From assembly GCA_965217115.1 (NCBI GenBank), contig OZ244239.1, positions 1,216,001 to 1,280,000 of the forward strand: a stretch of DNA of 64,000 nucleotides, given 5' to 3'. Shown here piece by piece: positions 1-11,512 of this stretch. A program made the translations under genes and the position numbers. Origin of the DNA: Bdellovibrionales bacterium. Its GTDB lineage: Bacteria > Bdellovibrionota > Bdellovibrionia > Bdellovibrionales > CAYMLA01. The notes below the pieces were generated by a model. It did no database searches. It was not told the DNA's origin and was given only the letters and a program-made list of their open reading frames with translations. Every line of letters begins with the position of its first letter. Within the stretch, counting starts at the first letter, position 1.

Positions 1-61
1 CACAATGCCTAAACCCTGTCGAGAGCCTTTTTAAAACTAGTACACTGTTTTATACTCTCTG

Positions 62-1732
62 TTACCCGCCCATACTATCCAAAAACTCGTCATTTGTTTT
101 ACTCTGCTTAAGCTTAGAGAGCAAAAACTCCATGGCGTCAATCACGTTCATTGGCGACATCACCTTCCGCAAAATCCAGAGCTTATTAAGCTTAGCAGCA
201 TCAATCAATAAATCCTCCTTACGAGTTCCTGACTTATTGATGTCCATACAAGGGAATATCCTTCTTTCCATTAATTTACGGTCAAGAGCTATTTCACTGT
301 TACCCGTTCCCTTAAATTCTTCAAAAATCACCTCATCCATGCGAGAGCCCGTATCAATAAGAGCCGTTGAAATAATTGTCAAACTTCCGCCCTCTTCAAT
401 ATTACGTGCTGCTCCAAAAAATCTCTTCGGTTTGTGAAGAGCATTAGAATCAACACCACCAGAGAGGATCTTTCCAGATGGTGGCACAACTGTATTGTAT
501 GCCCGAGCCAAACGAGTGATTGAATCAAGTAGAATAACCACATCATGTTTGTGCTCAACCAAGCGCTTCGCCTTGGCAATCACCATATCAGCCACTTGGA
601 CATGACGAGTGGGAGGTTCATCAAATGTTGAACTCACCACCTCGCCCTTTACATTCCTCTGCATATCCGTCACTTCTTCTGGACGTTCGTCGATCAGCAA
701 AACAATCAACTTCACCTCAGGATGATTTGTCGTAATTGCATTGGCTATATTCTGCATTAAAACAGTTTTTCCTGTACGAGGAGGGGCTACAATCAAAGCC
801 CTCTGTCCTTTCCCAATGGGAGCCATCAAGTCCACCACACGAGTTGTGTTTTCATCGGGATGGTGTTCTAAGCGAAGACACTCATCTGGGTACAAAGGCG
901 TCAGGTTGTCAAAAAGACTTTTGTCCTTTGACGCTTCAGGTGTCTCAAAGTTAAGTTCATCCACCCGAAGAAGGGCAAAATAACGTTCACCAGGCTTAGG
1001 CGGCCTGACCGTTCCCGTCACTGTGTCCCCCGTCCTCAGACCAAGGCGACGGATTTGAGATGGGCTCACATAAATATCATCTGGACCTGGCAAGTAATTA
1101 TAATCTGGCGACCGTAAAAATCCATAGTTATCTGGTAGGATCTCTAAAACTCCGCTGCCAAAAATATCTCCTAACTTCGCTGCTCGCTTAAGAATTTGAA
1201 AAACCATATCTTGACGGCGCAAGCCCGATGCGTTTTCAATTTTTAACTTCAGAGCCAAACTTGTTAACTCTTGAATGTTTTTGCTCTTTAGATCTTTAGA
1301 GTTAAGCTCCTTCTTTTCTGCGTCTGTTAAATCAATATCACTCAAATCAATCTCATCTTCCTCTTCTGTTGTATCACGAGAGGCTCCGCTATAGTTACCC
1401 TGATTGTAATTACCACCGCTTTGATTGCGACCCTTCTTGTAATACTTGCGACCACCACCACCACCACCACGGTTGTTGTTTCGCCTTTGAGGACGATTAT
1501 CTTCCTCTGATCGATTAGACTCTACAGGCTTGCTTGCTTCTACAGGCTTGCCTGATTCTACGGCCTTGCCTGATTCTACGGCCTTGCCTGATTCTACAGC
1601 CTTGCCTGATTCTACAGCCTTGCCCGTTTTCGCCGACTCACCAGATTTGGCTCGACTCGTGCTCTTAACCGCCGTCTTCTTACTGGCTTCTTTCTTTCCA
1701 CCCTCTGCCACTTCTGTCCCTTCTTCAGACAC
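62..1732 (-). CDS. rho: Transcription termination factor Rho with long disordered N-terminal extension
   Basis: [18 protein letters not shown]-binding motif, [12 protein letters not shown]-loop [24 protein letters not shown] start after AAGGAG. Confidence 0.98.
   Translation of the reverse strand: MSEEGTEVAEGGKKEASKKTAVKSTSRAKSGESAKTGKAVESGKAVESGKAVESGKAVESGKPVEASKPVESNRSEEDNRPQRRNNNRGGGGGGRKYYKKGRNQSGGNYNQGNYSGASRDTTEEEDEIDLSDIDLTDAEKKELNSKDLKSKNIQELTSLALKLKIENASGLRRQDMVFQILKRAAKLGDIFGSGVLEILPDNYGFLRSPDYNYLPGPDDIYVSPSQIRRLGLRTGDTVTGTVRPPKPGERYFALLRVDELNFETPEASKDKSLFDNLTPLYPDECLRLEHHPDENTTRVVDLMAPIGKGQRALIVAPPRTGKTVLMQNIANAITTNHPEVKLIVLLIDERPEEVTDMQRNVKGEVVSSTFDEPPTRHVQVADMVIAKAKRLVEHKHDVVILLDSITRLARAYNTVVPPSGKILSGGVDSNALHKPKRFFGAARNIEEGGSLTIISTALIDTGSRMDEVIFEEFKGTGNSEIALDRKLMERRIFPCMDINKSGTRKEDLLIDAAKLNKLWILRKVMSPMNVIDAMEFLLSKLKQSKTNDEFLDSMGG
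1521..1624. repeat. 18-bp in-frame tandem repeat (~6 units) in rho encoding [18 protein letters not shown]
   Basis: ttctac(a/g)gccttgcctga repeated; protein GKAVESx4[12 protein letters not shown]. Confidence 0.95.
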
Positions 1733-2033
1733 ACAAAACTCCTTATGATTTTTAAGTAAAACGACCAGACAATTTCAATTCTTCTTCTTTTTTGGATTTT
1801 AATTCAACGGATCTATTTATGGACTTTCCACGACAACCCTACCAAGAGGACGTGACTTTTATTGAACAATAGGTAACACCACGCATCTTTGTTTGCCAAG
1901 CTTTTTTACAGAAAGAGCTGTTTTTTTTTAGAGATTTAAAGGCTTTTTATCTATATTCTCCCAAAAAACAGCTCTTTTTGGGGCAAAAAGCAAATTATTC
2001 TAAAAGAAGACAGCCGATTTCTCTTTAAATGTG

Positions 2034-2061
2034 TAAATATTGGGCGCCATTTTGCCGATAA
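2034..2061 (+). promoter_or_regulatory. Putative sigma-28 (FliA) promoter upstream of PilZ gene
   Basis: TAAA (2034-2037), 16 nt, then perfect GCCGATAA (2054-2061); canonical spacing is 15 nt. Confidence 0.55.
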
Positions 2062-2131
2062 GAACTCAGACAAAGGAACTGGGAAAGCCCCTTTTCTTCT
2101 GTGTTATGGACCTATGTTTAGGAGGATTTTT

Positions 2132-2503
2132 ATGGACTCTGACCTTTCAATATCTCCAGCAGAGAGAATGCAGCTTTTCATAGACGTAGAGTATAAGAAG
2201 AGCTACGCGCGTAAGCAAAACATTGGAATTATGAAAAACATCAGCCTCACAGGCGCCTTCGTCTCCCATGGAGTAGAAAAACTTGATGCCAATGAAAAAA
2301 TCATGTTGCACTTTAAAGTTAGCGGAAGAGCTAGAAAAATTCAGGCTTCTGTTATATGGACCGACGTCAACGGTGCTGGTGTGAAGTTCCACCCTTTCAA
2401 CAATAGAGACATTCAGATTATTGATGACCTCATGTACTTTGTAAAATCAAAAAAAGAATCCCAGGCTTTTTTGCTAAACAATATTTTTAAACAAGTCTCC
2501 TAG
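2132..2503 (+). CDS. Stand-alone PilZ-domain protein
   Basis: NISLTGAFV (D/NxSxxG) and VIW...GAGVKF PilZ barrel pattern; AGGAGG RBS before ATG 2132 (ORF track starts at 2114). Confidence 0.8.
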   Translation: MDSDLSISPAERMQLFIDVEYKKSYARKQNIGIMKNISLTGAFVSHGVEKLDANEKIMLHFKVSGRARKIQASVIWTDVNGAGVKFHPFNNRDIQIIDDLMYFVKSKKESQAFLLNNIFKQVS

Positions 2504-3747
2504 GGAGCTCTGCCAACTTGGGTTTTTTCTTCAAAATCATCCTGAAAAACCGTTTCTTCAAAAACGTCCGCTTGAGCCGATTTCCTGCGACGAACAATAA
2601 AAATAATTATTCCTAAAAGAACCATGATCCCCACACCAATAATAAGAATGGTGTTTTGATCCAAGGACTCTATCCCGTATCCATCTGATGAAAACGCCTG
2701 GGGGATCTTCGGCCTTTCAGGGGCTGGAGGCGGTGGTAGTTCTGCAACAGGATTTGATTCTAAAGGCGGCGGCGGTAGTTCTGCAACAGGATCTGATTCT
2801 AAAGGCGGCGGCGGCGGTAACTCCTCTACAGCAGCTGGAGAGACTTCTTCCTTTGGTAAATCCAGAGAGCGACTCTCTGGCACATCAAGTGTCTCCTCTA
2901 AACCCCCTGTCTCTTCAACAGCAGTATTTAGCTCTGGGGGTTCTACCTGGGCTACAGGAACAGGGATCAATTTTTGATTTCCCGCTTTTGACCAATACCG
3001 AAGCTCTGTGCCTAAAGGCATCTCTCCTTTTGAATCCACTGCATTTGTTGCATAAATCTCCATCCAACTACGAGAATGTCCAAGTAATTTTTTTGCCACA
3101 CGACGTATGTTATCTCCTTCCTTAGAAATGTAAGTCTCAGGAGATAAACCTCGATCCTCATAAAACGTTAAAATTTGACTGCTGTCTTCCTGTCTCTGTG
3201 GAGAGTTATAATAAACCTTGTCTCCAACACTAACGCCTCTCTTTAAATGAGCGTTTACAATTAATAGCTCTCCAGAACTATCTAAACCATAAATTTTCTC
3301 TGCTATAGAGACGAGCGAATCCCCCTCTCGAACGAGATAAACAGCATTTGCTAAAATTCCTCCTCGATAAAAAGGAGTTTTTTTAATTTTTTTCACTGAA
3401 ATTAGTTTTCTCGTCTTTTTAACTACGGGGGAAATTATAACAGGGGCATCCGTAATTTCATCCATTTCGTCATTAATTTCATCTGTCAAAGCTAACGAAG
3501 AATCTTCTGTCTGTGCTTCAGCAATATCTGGCTCTGGTGTTTCCCCTTGGGCTTTGTCGTCCTCTTTCTCATCTGCTTCCTTATCTGCAATTTTTTCGAA
3601 ATCCTCCCCTTCCCCTTCGTCATCCTTATCACCTAGAATCGCTTCGATCTCGGCGTTTCCCTCGTCTGTTGCTTTATTGGATGAACACCCAATAAAGCTA
3701 ACTGTCGAAAATAAACATAGTGTCAGAAAAATAAGTAAACTTTTCAT
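2500..3747 (-). CDS. LysM-domain lipoprotein with Pro-rich linker and C-terminal TM helix
   Basis: Lipobox FIGC; two LysM-like motifs (YLVREGDSLVSIAEKIYG, YISKEGDNIRRVAKKLLG); ELPPPP repeats; TM TILIIGVGIMVLLGIIIFIV followed by RRRK. Confidence 0.75.
   Translation of the reverse strand: MKSLLIFLTLCLFSTVSFIGCSSNKATDEGNAEIEAILGDKDDEGEGEDFEKIADKEADEKEDDKAQGETPEPDIAEAQTEDSSLALTDEINDEMDEITDAPVIISPVVKKTRKLISVKKIKKTPFYRGGILANAVYLVREGDSLVSIAEKIYGLDSSGELLIVNAHLKRGVSVGDKVYYNSPQRQEDSSQILTFYEDRGLSPETYISKEGDNIRRVAKKLLGHSRSWMEIYATNAVDSKGEMPLGTELRYWSKAGNQKLIPVPVAQVEPPELNTAVEETGGLEETLDVPESRSLDLPKEEVSPAAVEELPPPPPLESDPVAELPPPPLESNPVAELPPPPAPERPKIPQAFSSDGYGIESLDQNTILIIGVGIMVLLGIIIFIVRRRKSAQADVFEETVFQDDFEEKTQVGRAP
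2729..2823. repeat. 39-bp tandem repeat (2 full units plus a partial) encoding ELPPPP(P)LES(D/N)PVA
   Basis: ggcgg(t/c)ggtagttctgcaacaggat(t/c)tgattctaaaggc at 2729 and 2768. Confidence 0.9.
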
Positions 3748-3903
3748 TGATGCCGCCTCGTGCTGAGTTCCTCTTCCATAGGTAACTAGAACCTCTATTT
3801 ACACATTAAATTAAAGCACAAAAGTGTTTTTTTTCGAATTAATCTTGTTAGTTTTGTCCTTATATATATTTGAATCTAGCCATTAGCCTAGTTACACCTC
3901 TAA

Positions 3904-4374
3904 CTATTGGGGCAATAACCTCAGCTTTTCTCCCAGCTTTACACCTTCTTTCTTAAACCACCCCATGGGCATTTCAAGTGCATATTTTGCCCTTCCTTTG
4001 CTCTGATACTTTTTTTTCGGAAGTTCCATAATATTTTTCATCTCTTTCATTTCTTCAATATTAAGAAGTTTTCTCTCTACACTAAAAAAACCAATGCTTA
4101 AAGGGACCAACGTGTTCTTCATCCAAAAAGACAGTTCTTTTGAGTCTTTAAAAACAAATAGCATTCCCCTTTTTATTTTCTTGCGACACATAAGCCCTCG
4201 ACTCAATTGATCCGAAGTTTTCGCCAAGTCCACTTCAAAAAATTTTCCAGCTAGTTCTATTTTCTGTTTTTCAAAAGAAACTTTCCGCCTACACTCTGAA
4301 ATATCAGAAAAAGCCCCCTCTTCCAAAAAGAGGCTCAACAAAAAAAACCCGCCAATAAAAATTTTATTTTTCAA
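3904..4374 (-). CDS. DUF192 family exported protein
   Basis: RGLM..R, GMLFVF, FWMKNTLVPLSIGF, YALEMPMGWF signature. Confidence 0.88.
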   Translation of the reverse strand: MKNKIFIGGFFLLSLFLEEGAFSDISECRRKVSFEKQKIELAGKFFEVDLAKTSDQLSRGLMCRKKIKRGMLFVFKDSKELSFWMKNTLVPLSIGFFSVERKLLNIEEMKEMKNIMELPKKKYQSKGRAKYALEMPMGWFKKEGVKLGEKLRLLPQ

Positions 4375-5285
4375 AATTCACCAATAAGTCCATGGCGGAT
4401 TCCTCTCGTCGAAACGGTTAACTCTTCAAGTCCCCAATACTCTAAAGATAAGAACAAAAGTACACTTCCTGCCACCAAAATGTCAGCTCTTTTCATTGGA
4501 ATTCCAAATTTTTCCGCCCTCTCTTTGACACTAAGGTCCGACAAGGTTTTTATCCAGCTTTTAATTCTTTTTTTTGACAGGGTGTAGTTTTCAATCTTTT
4601 CAATAACAAATCCTTCTCCTATTTCAATCATTGCTAACGTCGTTGGTGTTCCCGCGACAGCAATCATACTGGTCACTTGACTCTTTTTTTTCATTATCCC
4701 TAGAGACAACGCCATTTTCTCTCTAACATAGGTTATCATTTTTTGAAGTTCAACGTCATTAATCGGATGGGATGAAATAAACATTTCAGTTAACCGCACG
4801 CCCCCCACATCTACGCTCTGAGCATTAATTCTTCCAGAGTTTTTTTCGATACACTCTGTCGATCCTCCTCCAATATCCAAAACAAGAACACCCTCTCCTT
4901 CCTCCTCGGGAGCAGAAAAATCAACTCCCAAATATGTCAATTCCGCCTCTCTTTGTCCTCCTATGATTTCAATGGGAATTTCCAATTTTCGACCCATCTC
5001 TATCAAATCATTGCCATTAGAGACATCTCTTGCCGCGCTTGTCGCCACGGCTTTAACATCATTAACTCCGCAACTCACAATCCTCTCTCTAAAATTTTCA
5101 AGACAAGCCTCTGCCCTTTGCAATGCTTCTGGATGAAAAAATTTATTCTCATTCACACCTTGCCCTAAGCGCACAAGAACACAGTGGTCCTCAACAACTC
5201 TGACTATTTTCTTTTGTTCAATATCAGCTATCAGACATAAAAAGGAATTCGTTCCAATATCAATCGTGGCCACTCTTTTTACCAT
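4371..5285 (-). CDS. ppx: Ppx/GppA family phosphatase (short form)
   Basis: ATIDIGTNS, AVATSAARD, EAELTYLG, LDIGGGSTE, RADILVAG, GIRHG; start moved to ATG 5285. Confidence 0.9.
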   Translation of the reverse strand: MVKRVATIDIGTNSFLCLIADIEQKKIVRVVEDHCVLVRLGQGVNENKFFHPEALQRAEACLENFRERIVSCGVNDVKAVATSAARDVSNGNDLIEMGRKLEIPIEIIGGQREAELTYLGVDFSAPEEEGEGVLVLDIGGGSTECIEKNSGRINAQSVDVGGVRLTEMFISSHPINDVELQKMITYVREKMALSLGIMKKKSQVTSMIAVAGTPTTLAMIEIGEGFVIEKIENYTLSKKRIKSWIKTLSDLSVKERAEKFGIPMKRADILVAGSVLLFLSLEYWGLEELTVSTRGIRHGLIGEF

Positions 5286-5401
5286 TTCCACCCCGTTATT
5301 ACAAAACCCGCCTGCCCTATTATGACTGAGGGTCCCTCTCCAGTAAAGACTTTGAAAAAGAAACTTCACAAAACTTGAACTTTTAGATGAACCGAGTATA
5401 A

Positions 5402-7531
<2,130 letters not shown>

Positions 7532-7620
7532 CACCAAGCCCTTTTGCAAAGAAATATCGACTGGCTACGTAGCTCGTTTAGAGAGCATCGTAACCATCAA
7601 TATTTAAAAAATTTCTGTTT

Positions 7621-7815
7621 TTATATATGATCAATTTTAATATCTCTAGCCATAACTGTTTTACGACCTTCTGATTTTGCCGACTCAACAGCTCTATTAC
7701 AAAGAGCCTCAATCGCTTGGCTTAACACTTCAATTGTCTCTCCCGAAGTATTACATCCACCGTTTTCTTTAATAAATTTCTTAACCTTACTCGTTACTAC
7801 AAGAACTTCTGCCAT
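7621..7815 (-). CDS. Bacterial histone-fold protein (Bd0055/HBb-like singlet histone)
   Basis: 64 aa; helix-loop-long helix-loop-short helix pattern with the histone-fold L2 motif GRKTVMARD; closely resembles B. bacteriovorus Bd0055 as recalled; GAGGAG RBS. Confidence 0.92.
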   Translation of the reverse strand: MAEVLVVTSKVKKFIKENGGCNTSGETIEVLSQAIEALCNRAVESAKSEGRKTVMARDIKIDHI

Positions 7816-8033
7816 TTTAAATCTCCTCTCAGAATATGATCATTAAACTCAATAGAGCTGAAAAGCTCCCAATTTTCACTTGAGCTTAAAGGATTCGTGA
7901 AATGAAAACAAAGCAAATTTGAGAAGAAAGACAAATCCTCGAAATTCCAAGACGATGCACTGCGTTTTTCTCTGTTCAACGCGTTGCGCGTGGCACAGAG
8001 AGTGACTGTAAAACTCGATTTAAGGCTTCGTTC

Positions 8034-10301
8034 TTAAAAAACACTCTTTCTAGACGAATCAACCACGCTAATATTCTGGGTCTCTAAAAACACCGCCTCT
8101 CCATAGGGACTGTCATAACTATCGTGAACAATCACATTGTTGAGCCCTTGAGGCGCATTAAAGATAAGAAAGTAGCCCTCAGCAACTCCTCCATCCAAAG
8201 ATAGCTCACCATCTTGACTGAAGTAGGCCACAGAGGTTTCTTCCCGTCGATGGGAAAGCGTTACTTTATACTCTGAATGAACACCCCAACCAAAAACAAC
8301 TCCTGTCTCAGGCAGAGATTCAATTTTTAAACGCTTCCTTGTTTTTTCTAACCACTCTTTTGATATTCTTGGCACTCGCAGGTATTGACTCTGGGGCTTC
8401 AACGTTGACACGGTTGCCATCAAATCAAGAGTTGCTGAGGTTTCAACATAAGTCGGCCCCACGGTCTTAGGCACCTTTAACAACATTTTGTCCTTCGTCC
8501 ACACGGGACGATCTACACTGCTAAAATAAACATCTGGTTCTTGCCGCCCCTTCTTTCCTTCAAAAGAAAACCGAACATTCCTATATTCTGGAGCCCTGAG
8601 TTCAACGGTCGAGACGTGTCCATTTTGCACAGCCACCATTTCCGTTGGCCACTCCTCCCGCCCTTCTCCTTCTCCGTAAATAACTTTAATTCCTTGTATA
8701 CCTTCATCTAAATTTAAAATCTGATCACTCCTATCGCGACGACCGACAATGATAAACTCACCATTACTCGATGTCTGAGTTAAAGACCCATCCGGGAGGA
8801 ATCCACTAAAGTAATAAACACGACTGTTCGGGTCGCTCGCCACAACTTTAGCCTGCGCCAACGGGTTTCCCTGTAAATCAACGACTTTCCCCCAGACGAT
8901 AGCACCCTCTGAATTATCAGTTAATTCAGGAATCCAATCCTCCAATAAACTTAGTAGGGTTTCCGAAAAAGCTTTCTTCTCGGTTTTTTCCTGAAACCCT
9001 ATCCATGATATTGTTTTTCTTTTCTGATGAGATTCTTTTCCATTTTTTAAAATTGAAACAATAAAAGAATCCCTACGCCATGTCTGTTCTTCCTCTTTTC
9101 CATCAGTCGCTTCTTTTTTTATCAAATCTAAGTTTATATCTAGAGAAATCTTTTCTAACTCTCCCCTAGACACCTTCTCTATCTGAGAACGGACGTCTCC
9201 ATTCAAAAGAGATGTTTTTTGATGACCAAGCACTTCTCCTTTGTCATTAAGCAAAACCCCCTCTATGTATCCCTCATCTCCTTTAAAAGATATTTCATAG
9301 CGCCCTTCATTTAGCCAAACAACGCCTTTCTCTAAAATCTCTCCCTCGAAAGTACGATAAACAAATAAAGAAGAACCTTCAGCTAAAGCCAGCCCATTGA
9401 CCACCGAAATCTCCCCCCTTAAAACAACCAAATCCCTCTGCCTGTCCCTGTCTTCATTGGCAAAAGAGTAAATCTTCGCTCGAATTTTAGGCTGAGACTC
9501 AGAAAAATACGCCTGTTCACGGCTTCTCTGCGTTGAAGGTGTTCGCCTATTATTGCTTGCGTAATGATTATTTTTAAACGACTGACTCTGTTGATTTAAC
9601 GCTGGACTATTAACATAAACCACTGGTTGACCTTGAGAGTCTTTAATCCACCTTTCACCATTCCTTGAATCTTCTTCTTTTAACTCCTTAGATATTTCCT
9701 CTCGTAAGCGCACCTGAAAACTTGGCTGAGCTGGAGTTGATAGTTCCACTTCTTCGATTCCTCTAGTCAACGCCCAGCGCCTTTTTAACTCTTCACTAAG
9801 AAAAGGCTGACGTTCTTGCCTATAGTCGTTTTCCGAAAAAGACTCTTCTCTTAAACCAGAAACATTAATTTGCTCTTCTGACAGAGAAATAGCAGGTGAA
9901 GTATTTTGAATCTCTCTTCTAGCAAAGGTTACAACAGCTGGCCGTGCAATTCCTTCAGCCTTAAGAACAAGGGTTTTTGATGAACTTACTTGTAACACCT
10001 CAGGAAGTAGTTCCAATACCCTAGGCCTTTTCTCTTTGCCTTGAAACATCTGCGGACTTATCTCTTCAACTCCTGCAGATAAATGCATCTCTCTCTTTCC
10101 TTGCAAATAAATTTTATGGCTTACTTGCAAGTTAACATCATTAAGAGCAGCAAAAGAAGGCGCTGTTTTAGAAAGAAGAATCACTAAAGGTCTGTGAAAG
10201 CTGATCCATCTATTTTTTTTGGAAACCAACGGCGTAGACAACATACACGTCACTATCACTGCTACAAACCTTTTTTTTCCAACCATTTCAATGCCTGTCA
10301 A
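8034..10301 (-). CDS. Large exported hypothetical protein with carboxypeptidase-regulatory-like beta domains
   Basis: 755-aa ORF, hydrophobic N-terminus, VWGKVVDLQGNPLAQAKV...TQTSSNGEF motif. Confidence 0.6.
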   Translation of the reverse strand: MTGIEMVGKKRFVAVIVTCMLSTPLVSKKNRWISFHRPLVILLSKTAPSFAALNDVNLQVSHKIYLQGKREMHLSAGVEEISPQMFQGKEKRPRVLELLPEVLQVSSSKTLVLKAEGIARPAVVTFARREIQNTSPAISLSEEQINVSGLREESFSENDYRQERQPFLSEELKRRWALTRGIEEVELSTPAQPSFQVRLREEISKELKEEDSRNGERWIKDSQGQPVVYVNSPALNQQSQSFKNNHYASNNRRTPSTQRSREQAYFSESQPKIRAKIYSFANEDRDRQRDLVVLRGEISVVNGLALAEGSSLFVYRTFEGEILEKGVVWLNEGRYEISFKGDEGYIEGVLLNDKGEVLGHQKTSLLNGDVRSQIEKVSRGELEKISLDINLDLIKKEATDGKEEEQTWRRDSFIVSILKNGKESHQKRKTISWIGFQEKTEKKAFSETLLSLLEDWIPELTDNSEGAIVWGKVVDLQGNPLAQAKVVASDPNSRVYYFSGFLPDGSLTQTSSNGEFIIVGRRDRSDQILNLDEGIQGIKVIYGEGEGREEWPTEMVAVQNGHVSTVELRAPEYRNVRFSFEGKKGRQEPDVYFSSVDRPVWTKDKMLLKVPKTVGPTYVETSATLDLMATVSTLKPQSQYLRVPRISKEWLEKTRKRLKIESLPETGVVFGWGVHSEYKVTLSHRREETSVAYFSQDGELSLDGGVAEGYFLIFNAPQGLNNVIVHDSYDSPYGEAVFLETQNISVVDSSRKSVF

Positions 10302-10358
10302 GGTTGTCCCTTCTTCATAGATTAATCTAACTATTCACAAAAGTTATCTTAATTTTAT

Positions 10359-10766
10359 TTAGAAAGCCCTGAAGTCGTCAATAACATTACGTTCATTGCG
10401 ACTAGTGGATAGCCTTTTTTGGATTTTCTTGGCTATTCCTTTTGACAGATCTTGATCTTTCTCAACAAAGATCCACTGACCACCTTCTTTTCTCTCAATA
10501 TAAACCTCTACAGTAATATTGTAGGGACGACGCTCCCCTAATATTTTCACCAAAACATAGGCCCTGTCTCCTCTAGAGCCTGGTCGGCGAAAGTAGTTAG
10601 AAAAAAACTCCCTGTCATTGGAGCTTCTTCTCTTCAAACCAAGTGGTAAAGAGGCCGTCACGGCTTTTTTTATAGTCACCAAAGAGGTTCTTTTTCCAGA
10701 GACCCCCTTAGGGGATTGGCAGGCAAATAAAAAAGCAACTGCTACAAACAAAATCCCTTTTTTCAT
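10359..10766 (-). CDS. Hypothetical lipoprotein
   Basis: MKKGILFVAVAFLFAC signal with lipobox; operonic with fsa. Confidence 0.7.
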   Translation of the reverse strand: MKKGILFVAVAFLFACQSPKGVSGKRTSLVTIKKAVTASLPLGLKRRSSNDREFFSNYFRRPGSRGDRAYVLVKILGERRPYNITVEVYIERKEGGQWIFVEKDQDLSKGIAKKIQKRLSTSRNERNVIDDFRAF

Positions 10767-10768
10767 AT

Positions 10769-11413
10769 CTATTTTGAAGACTTCTCAAAATCAGCACGAA
10801 ACTGAGAAATTCCCTTATCTGTTAATGGATGCTTCGTTAGTTGTTGCATAACGCTGTAGGGCAGCGTCGCTATATCTGCACCAATAAGAGCAGAGTCCAA
10901 AACATGCATTGGATGGCGAACACTCGCCACTAAAACCTTACTTGAAAAAGCATAGGTCTCTTTTATTTGGATAATCTGATTAACCATGGATAATCCCTCA
11001 GATCCCACATCATCTAAACGACCGATAAAGGGAGAGATCATTGTTGCCCTCGCTTTACAGGCAAGCAAAGCTTGGAGTGGAGAAAAGACCAAGGTCACGT
11101 TTGTCTGAATACCCTCGGCTGTAAATTTTCTAACAGCGACGAGCCCTTCTTCACACATTGGAATCTTCACAACGACATTATCAGCTATTTTAGCAAGTTT
11201 AAGTCCCTCGGAGTACATTTCTTTAGAGTCGAGACTATTCACCTCAGCTGAAACGGGGCCAGAGACTTCCATACAAATTTCTTTAATAACTTCCTCGTTT
11301 CCACGACCTGTTTTTGCAATAAGCGACGGATTCGTTGTTACTCCATCCACCCAGCCCCGTTGATTCGCCTTACGAATTTCCTCTATATCAGCCGTATCAA
11401 TATAAAATTCCAC
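10769..11413 (-). CDS. fsa: Transaldolase / fructose-6-phosphate aldolase (small type)
   Basis: FYIDTAD, GVTTNPSL, VVKIP Schiff-base Lys, SPFIGRLDD; GTG start after AGGAG. Confidence 0.92.
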   Translation of the reverse strand: MEFYIDTADIEEIRKANQRGWVDGVTTNPSLIAKTGRGNEEVIKEICMEVSGPVSAEVNSLDSKEMYSEGLKLAKIADNVVVKIPMCEEGLVAVRKFTAEGIQTNVTLVFSPLQALLACKARATMISPFIGRLDDVGSEGLSMVNQIIQIKETYAFSSKVLVASVRHPMHVLDSALIGADIATLPYSVMQQLTKHPLTDKGISQFRADFEKSSK

Positions 11414-11512
11414 TCTCTCTCTCCTTATCTGTAAATCCAAAATTAAATGTTATTTTAAGTCCAAAAAAATATCTTTCCTCCATCTCTAGCACGAGCAGAG
11501 ACTATTGGGTAC

